A stretch of 64,000 nucleotides of DNA from Hemiscyllium ocellatum (taxonomy: Eukaryota): positions 13,618,068-13,682,067 of the forward strand of contig NC_083446.1 of NCBI RefSeq assembly GCF_020745735.1, in the 5' to 3' direction. A model generated the notes under the pieces. That model was not told where the DNA came from. It saw only the letters and a program-made list of their open reading frames with translations, and did no database searches. Of this stretch, positions 1 through 11,580 are shown piece by piece. The translations under genes were made by a program, and so were the position numbers. Every line of letters begins with the position of its first letter. The first letter of the stretch is position 1.

Positions 1-182
1 TCCAAGGAACAGGAGATTCGACGTAAGCCCTTTGAAATGTGGCGGTGCAGTTCACTGCAGGATTCCTGAAGAAGGGCTTATGCCCGAAACGTCGAATCTC
101 CTGTTCCTTTGATGCTGCTTGACCTGCTGCGCTTTTCCAGCAACACATTTTCAGCTCTGATCTCCAGTCCTCACTTTCTCCT
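1..182. mobile_element. Penelope-like element terminal repeat (pLTR), inverted-arm (hairpin) insertion, left end outside window
   Basis: 1-31 is the reverse complement of the pLTR; 62-182 is the forward pLTR, matching the terminus (38359-38488) of the RT/GIY-YIG-bearing fragment. Confidence 0.85.
61..98 (+). ncRNA. Minimal type I hammerhead ribozyme motif (PLE-associated)
   Basis: GATTC-CTGAAGA-AGGGC ttat GCCC-GAAAC-GTC-GAATC: intact CUGANGA/GAAA/GUC core, stems I and II pair. Confidence 0.85.
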
Positions 183-199
183 CATAGGCTCATGATCCA

Positions 200-410
200 A
201 AGTTAGGAATTTCTTCACTCAGGTGATGGTGAACTTGTAGAATTTTCTACCACAGAATGTTGTGGTGGCCAGGTCAATAAGTACATTCAAGAAAGAGACT
301 GACACTTTTTTTAAGCTATTAAACGCATAAAAAGATATGAAAGAACGTGTGAACGTAGTGTTGAGGAAGATGATCAGTGATGATCATACTGAATGGAGTA
401 GGAAGGCTCA
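200..410 (+). mobile_element. Old CR1 LINE 3' fragment
   Basis: Similar to CR1 3' ends elsewhere in window (ttcttcactcag..gtggtgaac.., gatcagtgatgatcatactgaatgg). Confidence 0.6.
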
Positions 411-589
411 GGGCCAGGGCATTGTGCGGACTTCCCTGAGCCCAGCAAGTGCCATGTCACCGTGGGCTACCTCTCAATATAGCGGCCAGACGTTAGTACT
501 CTATCAGTTAAGCAGCTGCTACCAGTTCAAATACCGAGCCAACATCTTCCTATTTGGTCTTTTACGTCTTCTTTGCCTCTTTGTGAATC

Positions 590-835
590 CACCTGCCGGC
601 ACCACTCCCTCCCCCGGGTAATCCGAGCACCTTCCCCCTGCAGTGAACTGCACCGCCACATTTCAACACAAAATGGCGCCCAGGCAATTGACGGCCGCTT
701 CGGACCAATAAGATGAAGAAGGCGGGACTATGGGCGAAAGCGCGTCATCATCCAACCAATCGGTGAGAATGAAGGGGCGGGGACGAACCTGAATCTCCCT
801 CATTGGTCGAAACTCTGCCTCATTTGCAAAGCTGA
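590..835. promoter_or_regulatory. CpG-rich Pol II promoter island
   Basis: YY1-type AAAATGGCG (670-678), two CCAAT boxes each followed by a GC box (GGCGGGAC, GGGGCGGGGAC), reverse CCAAT (ATTGG) near 802. Confidence 0.7.
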
Positions 836-894
836 TCGGTGTGAAACTTCAGGAAAAAAGTGGAGCCTTCTGTTTGTGGCTTTAAACAGATAGA

Positions 895-1088
895 GCTGAA
901 AATGTGTTGCTGGAAAGCGCAGCAAGTCAGGCAGCAACCAAGGAACAGGAGACTCTATAGATTCCTGATGAAGGGCTTGTGCACGAAACGTCGAGTCTCC
1001 TGTTCCTTGGATGCTGCCTGACCTGCTGCGCTTTTCCAGCAACATATTTTCAGCTCTGATCTCCAGCATCGGCAGACCTCACTTTCTC
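895..1088. mobile_element. PLE pLTR hairpin insertion with hammerhead motif (960-997)
   Basis: Inverted arms; 15-bp direct repeat CTTTAAACAGATAGA at 880-894 and 1089-1103. Confidence 0.9.
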
Positions 1089-1439
1089 CTTTAAACAGAT
1101 AGAACCTTGTGGGAGTGCAGCAAATACTTCAACATTTGTAACCGAAATGGGGCAGGCATGATAAAACAATGCACAATCAATTGAAGGGCTGATTTTAATT
1201 GAGTAAAGGACTAACTGAGCAAAGGGAGAACGCCCTCCTTTTAACAAAGAGAGTCCATTGTCTGGTAGAATCATAGTCATACAGCACAGGAGAGGTCGTT
1301 CGGCCCTCACAGAAGGATAAGGGTAGGTTAGGAAGAGGGTTAACATTGTCACTATTCAGCAGAGATTATATAGGAACAACTGATCCCAGAATAATTTCTT
1401 ATGGTATGTGTAGAAGGAGTGTGCAGAAGCAGATTTAAA

Positions 1440-1622
1440 GGAGGAATGGCAGGCACAGGTACATTTACAACATTTAAAACACGTTTGGATGGTTAGATGA
1501 ATCAATAAGATTTAGAGGATTATGGTCCAAATTCACATAAGTGGGACTAATTTACTTTGGGAAACTTGGTTGGCCTGGGCGAATTGGACCAAAAGCTCTG
1601 TTTCTGTGCTGTCTGACTCTAT
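1440..1622 (+). mobile_element. CR1 LINE 3' end fragment
   Basis: Matches 3' tail of CR1 at 15130-15302. Confidence 0.7.
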
Positions 1623-2816
1623 AATGTAATTAATATATTAATTATATATTATAAATCACATTGATATTGGGAATACAGATGGGGAACTAGATCAGTGTTG
1701 GGCAGGAAGATTTGTGTTAATGTCATTCCTGATTTCTATGATCGTGTAATCTCCTTGCTGTTAGTAAGACTATTAGAAAAACTTAAAGTGGATATCACAG
1801 GCACGTTAGAGAACAATGTATACAAGGACAAGTACACAATGTACTGGAAACTCAAACAGATCAGTATTGGTGGAGTTTTCACTACAGTAACAAATGTAGA
1901 AGAGTTAATAGTTTCTAATGGCTAATAACTACTCACACAATACTCATCGCTCTTTCGACATGGTGACAAAAGTCACATCTATTTCCCCATAATAACCAGA
2001 CCCACCATTGCCCCCTCATACAGTAACCTGGCCCAGTGCTCCCAATTCAGAGGATGACCTGACCTATGCTCCCACCTCATGTGGTGACACAACCAACACA
2101 CCTTTCTGTCTCAAAGTCTTTGAGATCTAGCAGACAATATAATGCTGTGTAGATGGTGACCATAATGAAGAGACAATTGTACAGTGGGTACTGTTAAATT
2201 CTCCTTTCTGATGTCAAGGGCTGACATGCATTGCACTTGTCAAGAGGGCAGTGAGAAAATTACAGACTATGTTTTCTCTTTAATAACAACAAACAAAATT
2301 CAGTCCTCACTTCTAGAACCATTTGTGACAAATTCCGTAATTGTCAACACAGACCCTCAATTAGAGTGTTGGAATAGAAACTTCAGTTGTCACAACAACA
2401 CTAGAACCAGAATGGGATTAAGAGGTAATTGGAAATCTTCCAACAGACAACAGAGAACATGAGGGAGATGGCAGTAACCAGTAAAACCTTCAACGGGTTT
2501 TTACAAGATGGATGAAAGCCTGGAGTTTAATATGGGAGAAGGAGAACTAGACGATAATGGAAATAAATTTGAGTGAGAAAGACTCAAAAATGGCACAGTT
2601 GACAAAAGACACCTATCAGTCTTCTCTTATCATTGCAGAAATCAAGACACTGCAGCAAAACTGATTTACTCAACATTTGCACAGAGTATCAATGCTTACT
2701 GTAGCTATTGTATTGTTAGTAACATCACCAGAAACAAACCCCAGTTGTCAGAATGAATGACATTAGTCCTGAATATGATTAACAACAACACTTACAAAAG
2801 AATGCACTCCTTGCAG

Positions 2817-3686
2817 TCACTTGTGAACTCGTTGGTGTCTAATCAGGGTGGATGAACGAGTGAATTTCTTCCCACACATGGCGCAGATGAATGGGCTATC
2901 CCCTGTATGAACTCGCTGATGTGTCAGCAGTGTGAATGACTGCATGAATCCCTTTCCACACACAGAGCAGGTGAATGGCCTCTCCCCACTGTGACTCCGC
3001 TGGTGATTAAGTAGGTTAGACATCCAAGTGAACTCTTTCCTGCAGGAAGAGCAAGTGAAAGGACTCTCCCTGGTATGGTTTTGCTGGTGCATCAATAAAT
3101 CATTTTGAGTTTTAAAGTTTTTCTGACAGTCAGGACATTTAAATGGCCTCTTATCAGTATGAATGAGTTTGTGTGTCAGAAAGTCAAATGATCGTGTGAA
3201 ACCCTTCCCACAGATAGAGCAGATGAATGGCTTCTCTCCAGTGTGACTGCGTTCATGGTTCAACAGATCATTTTTCCTTTTGTACTCCTTCTCACAGTCA
3301 GAACAATTAACGGGCCTCTCCTCACTGTGAATAAGATGGTGTGACAAGAGATTGGATGAGTTTATGAAGCCTTTGCCACACACCGAGCATGTGAATGGTC
3401 TCTCACCAGTATGAACGCGGTGGTGTCTTAGAAGTTGGGATGATTTGGAAAATCCTTTACCACAACTGGAGCAGTTGAATGGTCTCTCTCCGGTGTGACT
3501 GTGGCAATGAATATTCAGCTCTGACAAGTAAATGAATCCCTTTCCACAGTCCTCACGTTCCCATGGTTTCTCCCTAGTGATACCGCACTTGTGCTTTGCC
3601 AAGTTTAATGATCGGCTGAAGCCTCGTCCACACACAAAACACATGTATAGTTTCTCCATGCTGCAAACAGTACTCCCTGATTCCAT
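2817..3686 (-). CDS. Tandem C2H2 zinc-finger protein (ZNF-A), 8 intact plus 2 degenerate fingers, no effector domain seen
   Basis: ORF with TGERPF-type linkers ending VHK*; splice acceptor TTTTGCAG at 3775-3768, so the track's N-terminal 30 aa are intronic; likely start is ATG at 3686 (MESG). Confidence 0.9.
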   Translation of the reverse strand: MESGSTVCSMEKLYMCFVCGRGFSRSLNLAKHKCGITREKPWEREDCGKGFIYLSELNIHCHSHTGERPFNCSSCGKGFSKSSQLLRHHRVHTGERPFTCSVCGKGFINSSNLLSHHLIHSEERPVNCSDCEKEYKRKNDLLNHERSHTGEKPFICSICGKGFTRSFDFLTHKLIHTDKRPFKCPDCQKNFKTQNDLLMHQQNHTRESPFTCSSCRKEFTWMSNLLNHQRSHSGERPFTCSVCGKGFMQSFTLLTHQRVHTGDSPFICAMCGKKFTRSSTLIRHQRVHK

Positions 3687-4769
3687 GTTCAATGGTTGGG
3701 GATGTTCAGAGCCTAATGCGATAGCTAGTTTGAGATTACTGCCCACAAATTTTCCCTTTCTAACCTCCTGCAAAATGAATTCAAAACAGGATAAACACAG
3801 CATGAAAAACACAAAGGAGAGATTGTGAAATTGAATTGAATGAATCTGTGGATTCAATATTAGGAAAAAAAATAAGCATGAAAACTGTCAGATTGTTATA
3901 AAACCCAAGTGCGCCACTACTGTCTAGCAACAAAGGGAAACTGCCTCTCAGTCTGTTTCGAAAACAAGAATGCGAGGCAATAGAGGTTAAAATGTAATGC
4001 AGTAGATTAGACAAATTTCACATCGATAACATGACAAGAACTTAAACAGAACTTGTCAAAGCTGCTTGGAGATAATAGTATTCCCAAATTCTTCAAGTGC
4101 AAACTACACTGGCTTGAATATATATTGTTAGCAATTCATCTTTATGTGTGCAAGTCCTGTAGCACCTTATGTCAGGACATTGTTCAAAGAGTTTCACCAC
4201 ACGTACTGCAACAATTCTGTGAACATCACCTTTTCCTGGGGCAATGGGAGATTAGCAACATTTGTTTTCACTTTCTCTTCAAATGCAGGTTTTATTAGTA
4301 TGATCAGAATTCATTGCCCATCCCTAACTACCTTCCTGAAGTTATTGGGGATTTGCCTCCTTAAACCACTGCAGACTGTACTGTGTAGGTACATTCAGAG
4401 TGGTGTTAGTAAAGGAGTCTGACCCAACAATGGTGAGGGAACAATAGTGAAGGCAATATAGTTCCAAGTCATAGGGTATGAGACCTCTTTTCTTCCCTTA
4501 CTCATTCACGTGAATGTGGGCCTTACTGGCTTGGCTAACATTCCTTGCCGATCTCTAATTGCCAAGAGGGCCATTAAGAGTCAGCTGGGGATCAGAAATT
4601 ATATGTAGACCATGTATGAAGCAATTCCTGTTCACTGGTTTAGGGAGTCTGTGCACATGCATTTTTTGTTCCTAATTTTACGGATTTCAATCCAATAGCT
4701 ACATCATGGCAAAAACAATCACTATTCATTATGATTTTCATTAGCAGCAAAACTATCACTAGTGAAAAA

Positions 4770-6230
4770 GTGCTGGGACAAATGTTAAAGATGTACGTCC
4801 ATTGGACTTGATGGGATGCATCCTCGAATATGAAAGGAATTAGTTACACAGATAGTGGATTCACTGGTAGTAATCTTCCAAGAATCCTTAGATGTTGGAA
4901 AGGTCCCAAAGATTGGAAAAATATCAACATCATTCCTTTATTTAAAATGGAGATACAGATAAATAGTTACTTAATGTTTGTTATTGGTATAATGTTGGGA
5001 GCCCATTATAAAGGATGTAATTGTAGAGCATTTAGAAATACATCATGTGTTCAAACTTCATGAAAGGGAAATATGCTTGATAAATTTACTGGAATTATTT
5101 GAGGAGATTACAAGCAGGATAAAGGTGAAGCAGTGTATTTGGGTTTTCAGAAGGTGTTGATAAAGTACCACATGTTAGTCTACTTAATAATGTAACAGCC
5201 CATCATGCTTGAGGTAGTATGGATAGAGATTTGACTAACTAACTGAATACAGATAAGATGGCATTTTCAGGATGGTAACCAAGTGGATCAGTGCTGTGAT
5301 ACAATTACTTCCAACATATATTAATGATTTGGATAAGAAAAGTAAATTGCTAGAGCCAAGTTTACAGATGACTCAAAAATTGATGGGAAGACAAGTGTTA
5401 AGGATGGCACAGAGTCTGCAGAGGGATATAGACAGGTTAAGTGAGTGAGCAAAACTTTGCAGGTAGAACATTATGTAGGAAGATGAGAAGCTTTGGACTT
5501 AGGAAGAATAGAAGAGCTGAATATTATTTAAAATGGAGAAAGATGCAGAAAGCAACAGAATGATGAGAATTTGGGAATCCTCATCCAAGAATCACAAAAA
5601 ACTAACATCCAATTTCAGTGGGTAATAGGGAAGGCATATGGAATGTTGGCTTTAATTTTAAAGGGACTGGAGTGAAAAAAAAGTAGAGAAGTTCTCCTAA
5701 AAAAACTTTTGCACTACTCACACCAGGGCTAGAATACCGTGAACAGTTTTGAGCTGCTCATCGAAGGAAAGATATACCGAGATTGCAGGCAGGCCAGAGA
5801 AGGTTTACCAGTTATAAAGGGACTATCTTATGAGGAGAGGTTGAGTAGGCTACACTCACTGGAACTTAGAACGAAAGGGAACCTTATTGAAAGATTCAAG
5901 AGTCTCCAAGGACTTGACAGGTAGATATGGAAAGGAGATTTCCAATTGTGGGAGAGTCTAGAACCAGGCAATCATCTGAAAGCAGGGATGGCCCATTTAA
6001 AACCGAGCTAAGGAGGATCTTTTTCTGAAGGCAGTGAATATGGAATTCTTTAACAGAAGAGGGCTGTTGAGGCTGGATTGTTTAGTATATTCAAGGCTGA
6101 TTTTTAATTAGAAAGGGAATCCAAGAGTTACGAGGAACAGACAAATGGAGCTAAGAATTACCAGATCGGTTTTGACCTCACTGAATAGCAGATCAGACTC
6201 GATGGGCTGAAAAACCTACTTCTCCTGGTC
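4770..6230 (+). mobile_element. Degenerate CR1 LINE (RT region to 3' end)
   Basis: Remnant motifs KGLSYEERLSRL, FTDDSKI, 3' UTR. Confidence 0.8.
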
Positions 6231-6244
6231 TAACCTGTCCCAAC

Positions 6245-6575
6245 ATTCACCGCTGCATAGCAACGCGCATGCGTAGACTCCGACACACAGGAGCATGCGT
6301 AATACGAATGATGGCAAGCGGCAGCAGTTCCTTTGTCACCTCTGCAGCCGGTAAAGAGGCGGTAATGCGGGCGGAGTGATGGAGGACGACGGGTGAACCA
6401 AAATGTTTATAAACAGTTGATATAAGCCACAGGCTACGGATATCGCCTCGCAGGTCCGACGTTTTCAGCTCCCGAGCTTTTACCCCCAGTAACAGTCCTC
6501 TGGTAGCGGCCGACATCTTGTATCAGAGTGGAGCGCATGCGCACTCTCCCCCCACCCATGCTGTAGTGGTGGGGC
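6245..6575. promoter_or_regulatory. CpG island, likely bidirectional promoter and first exons of ZNF-A and ZNF-B
   Basis: NRF1-type GCGCATGCG at 6265-6273 and 6533-6542; donors CCG|GTAAAG (6351, +) and GCG|GTGAAT (about 6250, -); lies between divergently oriented ZNF exons. Confidence 0.7.
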
Positions 6576-7229
6576 TTCAGAACTCTGTTTTTTGACTGGG
6601 TCCTAGTGCTCTGGGCAGGTTCTGGGGATTCCAGGGAAACGAGTTTTTGAATAGCTTCACTCACGCCCACTGGCAGGTCATGTTTGAATTCAAGAGAAGC
6701 CTATGAACCATCTATGTATTCAGTATGAGAGGTTGTAGGCACAGTATGGCTATCACTTTGTGTTGCATTTTACTACCAAGCCCCTTTGAACAGTGTGGAG
6801 GGGGAGGGGGAGTCAGGGAATCTTCTCCTGGTCTTTTGAAAGAACAAGTTGTAGAACCAGGATGCATAGGGCATATTGGAATTAGGGGCTGTATGCAAGA
6901 GCAGAAGTAATAAAAAGAAAAAGTGCTGGCGAAACTCAGTCGTTCTGGTCTCATCAACATGAGAAATAGAGTGAATGTTTCAAGTCCAATGTGACTCTTC
7001 TTCTGAAGTGAGTGACAGGGAAAAGAAAGCAACAGGTTTGGGCCATTTAGCTGTGAGCTATTTCTGTTACTCAGTAAGATTCTAGCTGGTTTGGTTATTT
7101 CCATTGGCAAAATCTTGCCTGAATCTCTCCATATGAGTCTACCAGCCTCTCTTCCATGCCAGGGTGGTCATAGGGAGGAAGCACCTGATATATTCCACAT
7201 AGCTGGCTTTCTCTGGCTGCAGAGTTTTT

Positions 7230-7610
7230 TTTTCAGGAATGCAAAAGTTGCTGGCTGGACCAGAATTTATTGCTTCTCAGAATGGTGGTGGTTAAATGCT
7301 TCATTGAACTATTGCAGCACCCACTTTTTGTTTTCCATTCATGACGTGGGCCAGCAGTTATTGCCATTGAGTAGCTTGCTATGGCTGCTTTAAAGTGCAG
7401 CTAAGAGTTATCCACATTGCAGTGGGTTTGGAATCACATGTAGGCCACAGGCAGCGTAAGGATAACAGATTTCCCTAAGCGAACCAGATTGGTGCCCTTA
7501 GGCTGCCTCGTAATTCAAGATTTTTTTACTGAATTCAAATTCTCACATTTGCTGTGGGGGAATTCAAACCCATCACACCTCGGCCATCGACCTGGGACTC
7601 TGGATTGTTA
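7230..7610 (-). mobile_element. Second SINE family (unnamed here), degenerate copy
   Basis: Reverse complement of the 7615-7945 element; related copies at 4500-4615, 13300-13635, 30630-31130. Confidence 0.6.
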
Positions 7611-7614
7611 ATTA

Positions 7615-7945
7615 GGGCGGTGGTATTATTGCTGGACTATTTAACCAGAGACCCAGGAATGTCCTGGGCACCCACATTCAAATCCTGCCACAGCAGATGG
7701 CGGAATGTCCATTCAGTTAAGAAAGAATAAGAGTCTAATAATGACCGTGTATCGATTGTCAGGAAAAGCCCATCTGGTTCACTAAAGTCCTTTTGGGAAA
7801 GGGAAGAACCACCTTTACTTGGTATGGCCTACATATGAGTCCAGGCCCACAACAATGTGGTCAACTCTTAACTGTCTTTTGGGCAGTTAGGGGATAAACA
7901 ATAAAAGCTGGCTTAGCCAATGATACCCTCATCACGTGAATGAAT
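7615..7945 (+). mobile_element. Second SINE family (tRNA-like head, CATCTGGTTCACTAA core, LINE-type tail ending GAATGAAT)
   Basis: B-box-like TTCAAATCC, conserved core and tail shared with several dispersed copies. Confidence 0.7.
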
Positions 7946-8795
7946 TTTTAAAAAAATAATTAAATTACCACAGGGTCACTATTTTCCCTGCTGTGTTGGA
8001 GGCCGTTCCAGTATTTTGCAGCATGGATTAAAGTTAGATTGCCAAGTCTGGCTTGGATGGGAACTTTCAAATTATGGTGTTCCCATATATCCACTGCCTT
8101 GTGCTAACTGGAAATTACATTCTGGTTTCATTGGGAACATTCAAAGGTAGGCAGAAATATCTTCCCTCAGAGAGTAGTGAATCTGTGAAATTCTTTACCA
8201 CGCATTCTTTAAAAGCAGTTGAGTCTGGGTCATTATTAAAGGTTGATCTAGACCGATTTTTAATCAGAAAGAGAATTTAAGGTTATGGGCATATGGCAGT
8301 AAAGTTGAGGACTTTCAAATCAGCCATGGGCTCATTGAGTGGTGCAGCAGACTCAAGGGACCAAATATGCTATTTCTGCTTTTATAGCTTCTGATTCCCT
8401 TTTATTGTCTCTTGTTCAGTTTGCTTTCTTGCTGATTTTGGATTCTTTTAGTTTGATTTGACCACATATTCAGGGAAATGAGTGGGACTAATGTTCCATT
8501 GAACGTTGAATGGTCTAATCTGAATTGCTGACCTGGACTGATAGTGATACTGACGTCTCTGTTTATAGGGGATTAGAAGGAATGATTTGTAGACTGGAAA
8601 ATCAAAGCAAACATCACATCAATATCACGGTTACTGGATTCATCAGAGTCTGAATATCATCAGCCTATGAATGTGGAAGAAATGTTTGTTCCATCTTTGG
8701 TAAAAGATTTCAAACGCCAATGTGACTGGAAAGACACCACGCACACCATTCGCAGTGGGAAGCATCTGCGCTTGTTCCGTGTGATTTTCAACTGA

Positions 8796-9422
8796 TCGCC
8801 CAACCTGGAGAGATACAAGGACACCCGCATCACAAAGAAACCGTGGAAATGTGGGGACTGTGGGAAAGGATTCAGTTCCCCATCCCAGCTGGAAGCTCAT
8901 CGACGGAGTCACACGGGCGAGAGACCGTTCACTTGCTCCGACTGTGGGAAGGGCTTCACTCTATCATCCAGCCTTCAATTACACCTCCGGGTTCACACTG
9001 ATGAAAGGCCTTTTAAGTGCTCTGTCTGTGGGAATTGCTTTAAAATCTCCCCAGACTTAATTAAACACCAGCTGGTTCACACTGATGAGCGGCCATTTGC
9101 TTGCTCTCGCTGTGAGAAGAGATTCAGACAATCCTCTCACCTCATTCAACACCAGCGAGTTCACACTGGGGAGAGGCCGTATATCTGCTCCATGTGTGGG
9201 AAGGGATTCACTTCTTCATCCAACCTGGTGACACACCAACGGGTTCATACAGGGGAGAGGATATTCACCTGCTCTGTGTGTGGGAAGGGATTTTCTCAGT
9301 CATCCAATCTGCTGAGACACCAACGTGTTCACACTGGGGAGAAGCCGTTCACCTGCTCCAAGTGTGGGAAGAGATTCGCTCGATCAGCTCACTTGCTAAC
9401 TCACCAGCACGTTCACAAGTGA
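8796..9422 (+). CDS. Tandem C2H2 zinc-finger array (ZNF-B), 7 intact fingers, canonical start missing
   Basis: Frame open from after TGA 8793-8795 to VHK*; reads [14 protein letters not shown] where paralogue ZNF-C has MEKPWKC; acceptor TTTATAG ends at 8568; AATAAA at 9520-9525. Track ORF 9192-9422 covers only the C-terminal part. Confidence 0.65.
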   Translation, partial: SPNLERYKDTRITKKPWKCGDCGKGFSSPSQLEAHRRSHTGERPFTCSDCGKGFTLSSSLQLHLRVHTDERPFKCSVCGNCFKISPDLIKHQLVHTDERPFACSRCEKRFRQSSHLIQHQRVHTGERPYICSMCGKGFTSSSNLVTHQRVHTGERIFTCSVCGKGFSQSSNLLRHQRVHTGEKPFTCSKCGKRFARSAHLLTHQHVHK

Positions 9423-10269
9423 CTGTCAGGATTGGATTCTGCTGTGGATCACATCCTGCATCTGTTGCTGTTCAGAATTCCTGTGACTGGGCTAGATTTA
9501 ATGTTCTGTGTATCTATCAAATAAATCAGTTTTGCTGAAAGCAGATGATGTGTTGTCGAACGCAAGAGAAAAGCGGGAGTAAACTGTGCAATCTCTTGAG
9601 CTTGTTCTACCATTCCACATGATCATTGCTGGTCTGCATCCTCAACTTCTGCTTCCTGCCTGTTCCCCCTATCCCTCAGTTCCCTGAGGGACCAAAACCG
9701 TACCTCACTTTTCAATATCTTCAATGATGGAAACAGGACATTTACAACACAGAAATGATGCCCCCATGCCCTTTTCCAGCCTATTCCCACTTCTCAACTC
9801 CTGATTTGTAAGCCAGCAGATCAAGAATAACTCCAGCATGTTTCAAATGTTAGGAGAGTTTCTGCCTCACCTATCCTTTCAGACACAAGTTCCCGTTGTC
9901 CTCCAAATGAAAGCATTTCTCAATTCTCATCTAAACATACCTGTTATTGACCTCGCTGCTCAGGTAGAACATATGGATGGGGAGGAATTCTCCAATCTCT
10001 TAATGATTTTGTCCACCTTAATTGAATTTCCCCTCAATATGTTTCAATGTATACAGCATCAGCTAAAATTCTGAGTTGGGCAGCAATTCTAATAAATCCC
10101 ATCCATACTCTTTCTGGAGCATTCTTGCTATGGTAACTGGAACCAGATGCTATTCTCCAGCTGTAGCCTGATAAGTATTTTGTACACTTTGAGCAGATTC
10201 TCCCTGCTGTTTGAAATCTCAGCTGATAAAGGACAAGGATAGTTATGGTAGGTGACAAATACTGGCCTT

Positions 10270-11580
10270 GCCAGCATCAATCACACTCTCAGAACAATTT
10301 AAAACAAATTTGATACACATTTCGAAGCAAATGGACTGATGAGTGATAAATGGCAAGGTTTTGTGTGGGGTGGTTGTGCTTCATTCACTTGATTGAGTTT
10401 CTTGAGGATGTGATGAAGATGACTGATCAGGGAAAAGTGATTAATGTCCATATGGGCTTCAGTAAAGCCTTTGATGAGGTCCCTCAAAAGGTGAAATCAC
10501 ATGGTAATAGGTGAGCTGGCAAGATGGATGCCGAACTGGCTGAGTCATCGAGGACAGATGGTAGCAGTGGAAGGATATTTTGCAGAATGGAGGATTGTGA
10601 CTGGTGGAGTTCCACAGAGACCAGTGCTGGGACCTCTGCTGTTTGTGGTCTACATAAATAATTTTGAGAAAAAAGTGGCCAGTCTAATTAGTAAGTTTGT
10701 GGACAACACAAAGATTGGTGGAGTTGCAGACAGGTCAATTGTCAGGGGATGCAGCAGGATATAGGTCAGTCAGACATATGGCAGATGGTGTTTAATCCAT
10801 ACAGGTCATGTATGTTGGACGGTCAAGTACAAGTGGAAATTATACAGTGAATGGCAGAACCCTTGGGGATATTGATATGCAGAGGCATCTAGGTGTATAG
10901 GTCCACAGATCTATCACAAATCTAATCACTGAAGGTGATAGCACGGGTATGTAAGATAATAAAAAATAGCCTATGGCATGCTTGCCTTCACTTGGAGGGG
11001 CATTGAGTATAACGATAGGGAAGTTATGCTCCAACTTTATGAACTTTAGTTAAGCCACATTTGGAATATTGCGTCCAGTTCTGGTCACCACACTACCAGA
11101 AGGATATGGATGCTTTTGCGAGGGTACAGAAAAGGTTTACGAGGATGCTGTCTAGTATGGGGGATTTTAGCTATGAAGAAAGATTGGGTTTGTTTCCACT
11201 GAAATGCAGGAGGTTGAGCTACAGATAGAAGTTTATAAGATTGCAAATGAAGTTTATAAGAGTGGAAAGTATGAGGCTTTTTCCCAGGGGGAAGAGTACA
11301 TTATAAGGGGTCACAGGTTCAAGGTGCAGGGGGTGATGTTTAAAAGAGATGTGTGAGGCAAGTTTTTCACACAAAGGGTGGTGAATGGCTGGAAGGCGCA
11401 GCCAGTGGAGGTGTTGGAAGCACACGCAATAGCTGCATTCAAGAAGCACCTGGATGAATACATGAATAGGAAGGGAATAAAGAGGTACGGACCCTGTAAG
11501 TGAAGTTAGTTTTGGCAGATTGTATCACCACAGGCTTGGAGGGCTGAAGGACCTCTTCCTGGGCTGGATTGTTCTTTGTT
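10270..11580 (+). mobile_element. CR1 LINE, 5'-truncated
   Basis: RT motifs GVPQRPVLGPLLF, KFVDNTKIGG; CR1 3' region. Confidence 0.9.

Noticed and set aside
1695-2462. Short ORFs at 1695-1925 and 2184-2462
   Set aside because: Non-ATG starts, no recognisable domain or convincing exon boundaries
3687-3857. Hydrophobic N-terminal extension of the 346-aa ZNF ORF
   Set aside because: Begins at TTG and runs through a pyrimidine-rich intron end and AG acceptor at 3768; most likely intron plus leader
6247-6516. 89-aa minus ORF (MSAA...) as an effector exon of ZNF-A
   Set aside because: Phase-2 donor joined to the 3767 exon is out of frame and stops; the paralogous region at 62.7 kb is not conserved at protein level
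8793-8795. Selenocysteine or programmed readthrough at the ZNF-B TGA
   Set aside because: No SECIS recognised, context is not UGA-CUAG, and the position corresponds to Arg (CGA), consistent with CpG decay; kept only as a minor alternative
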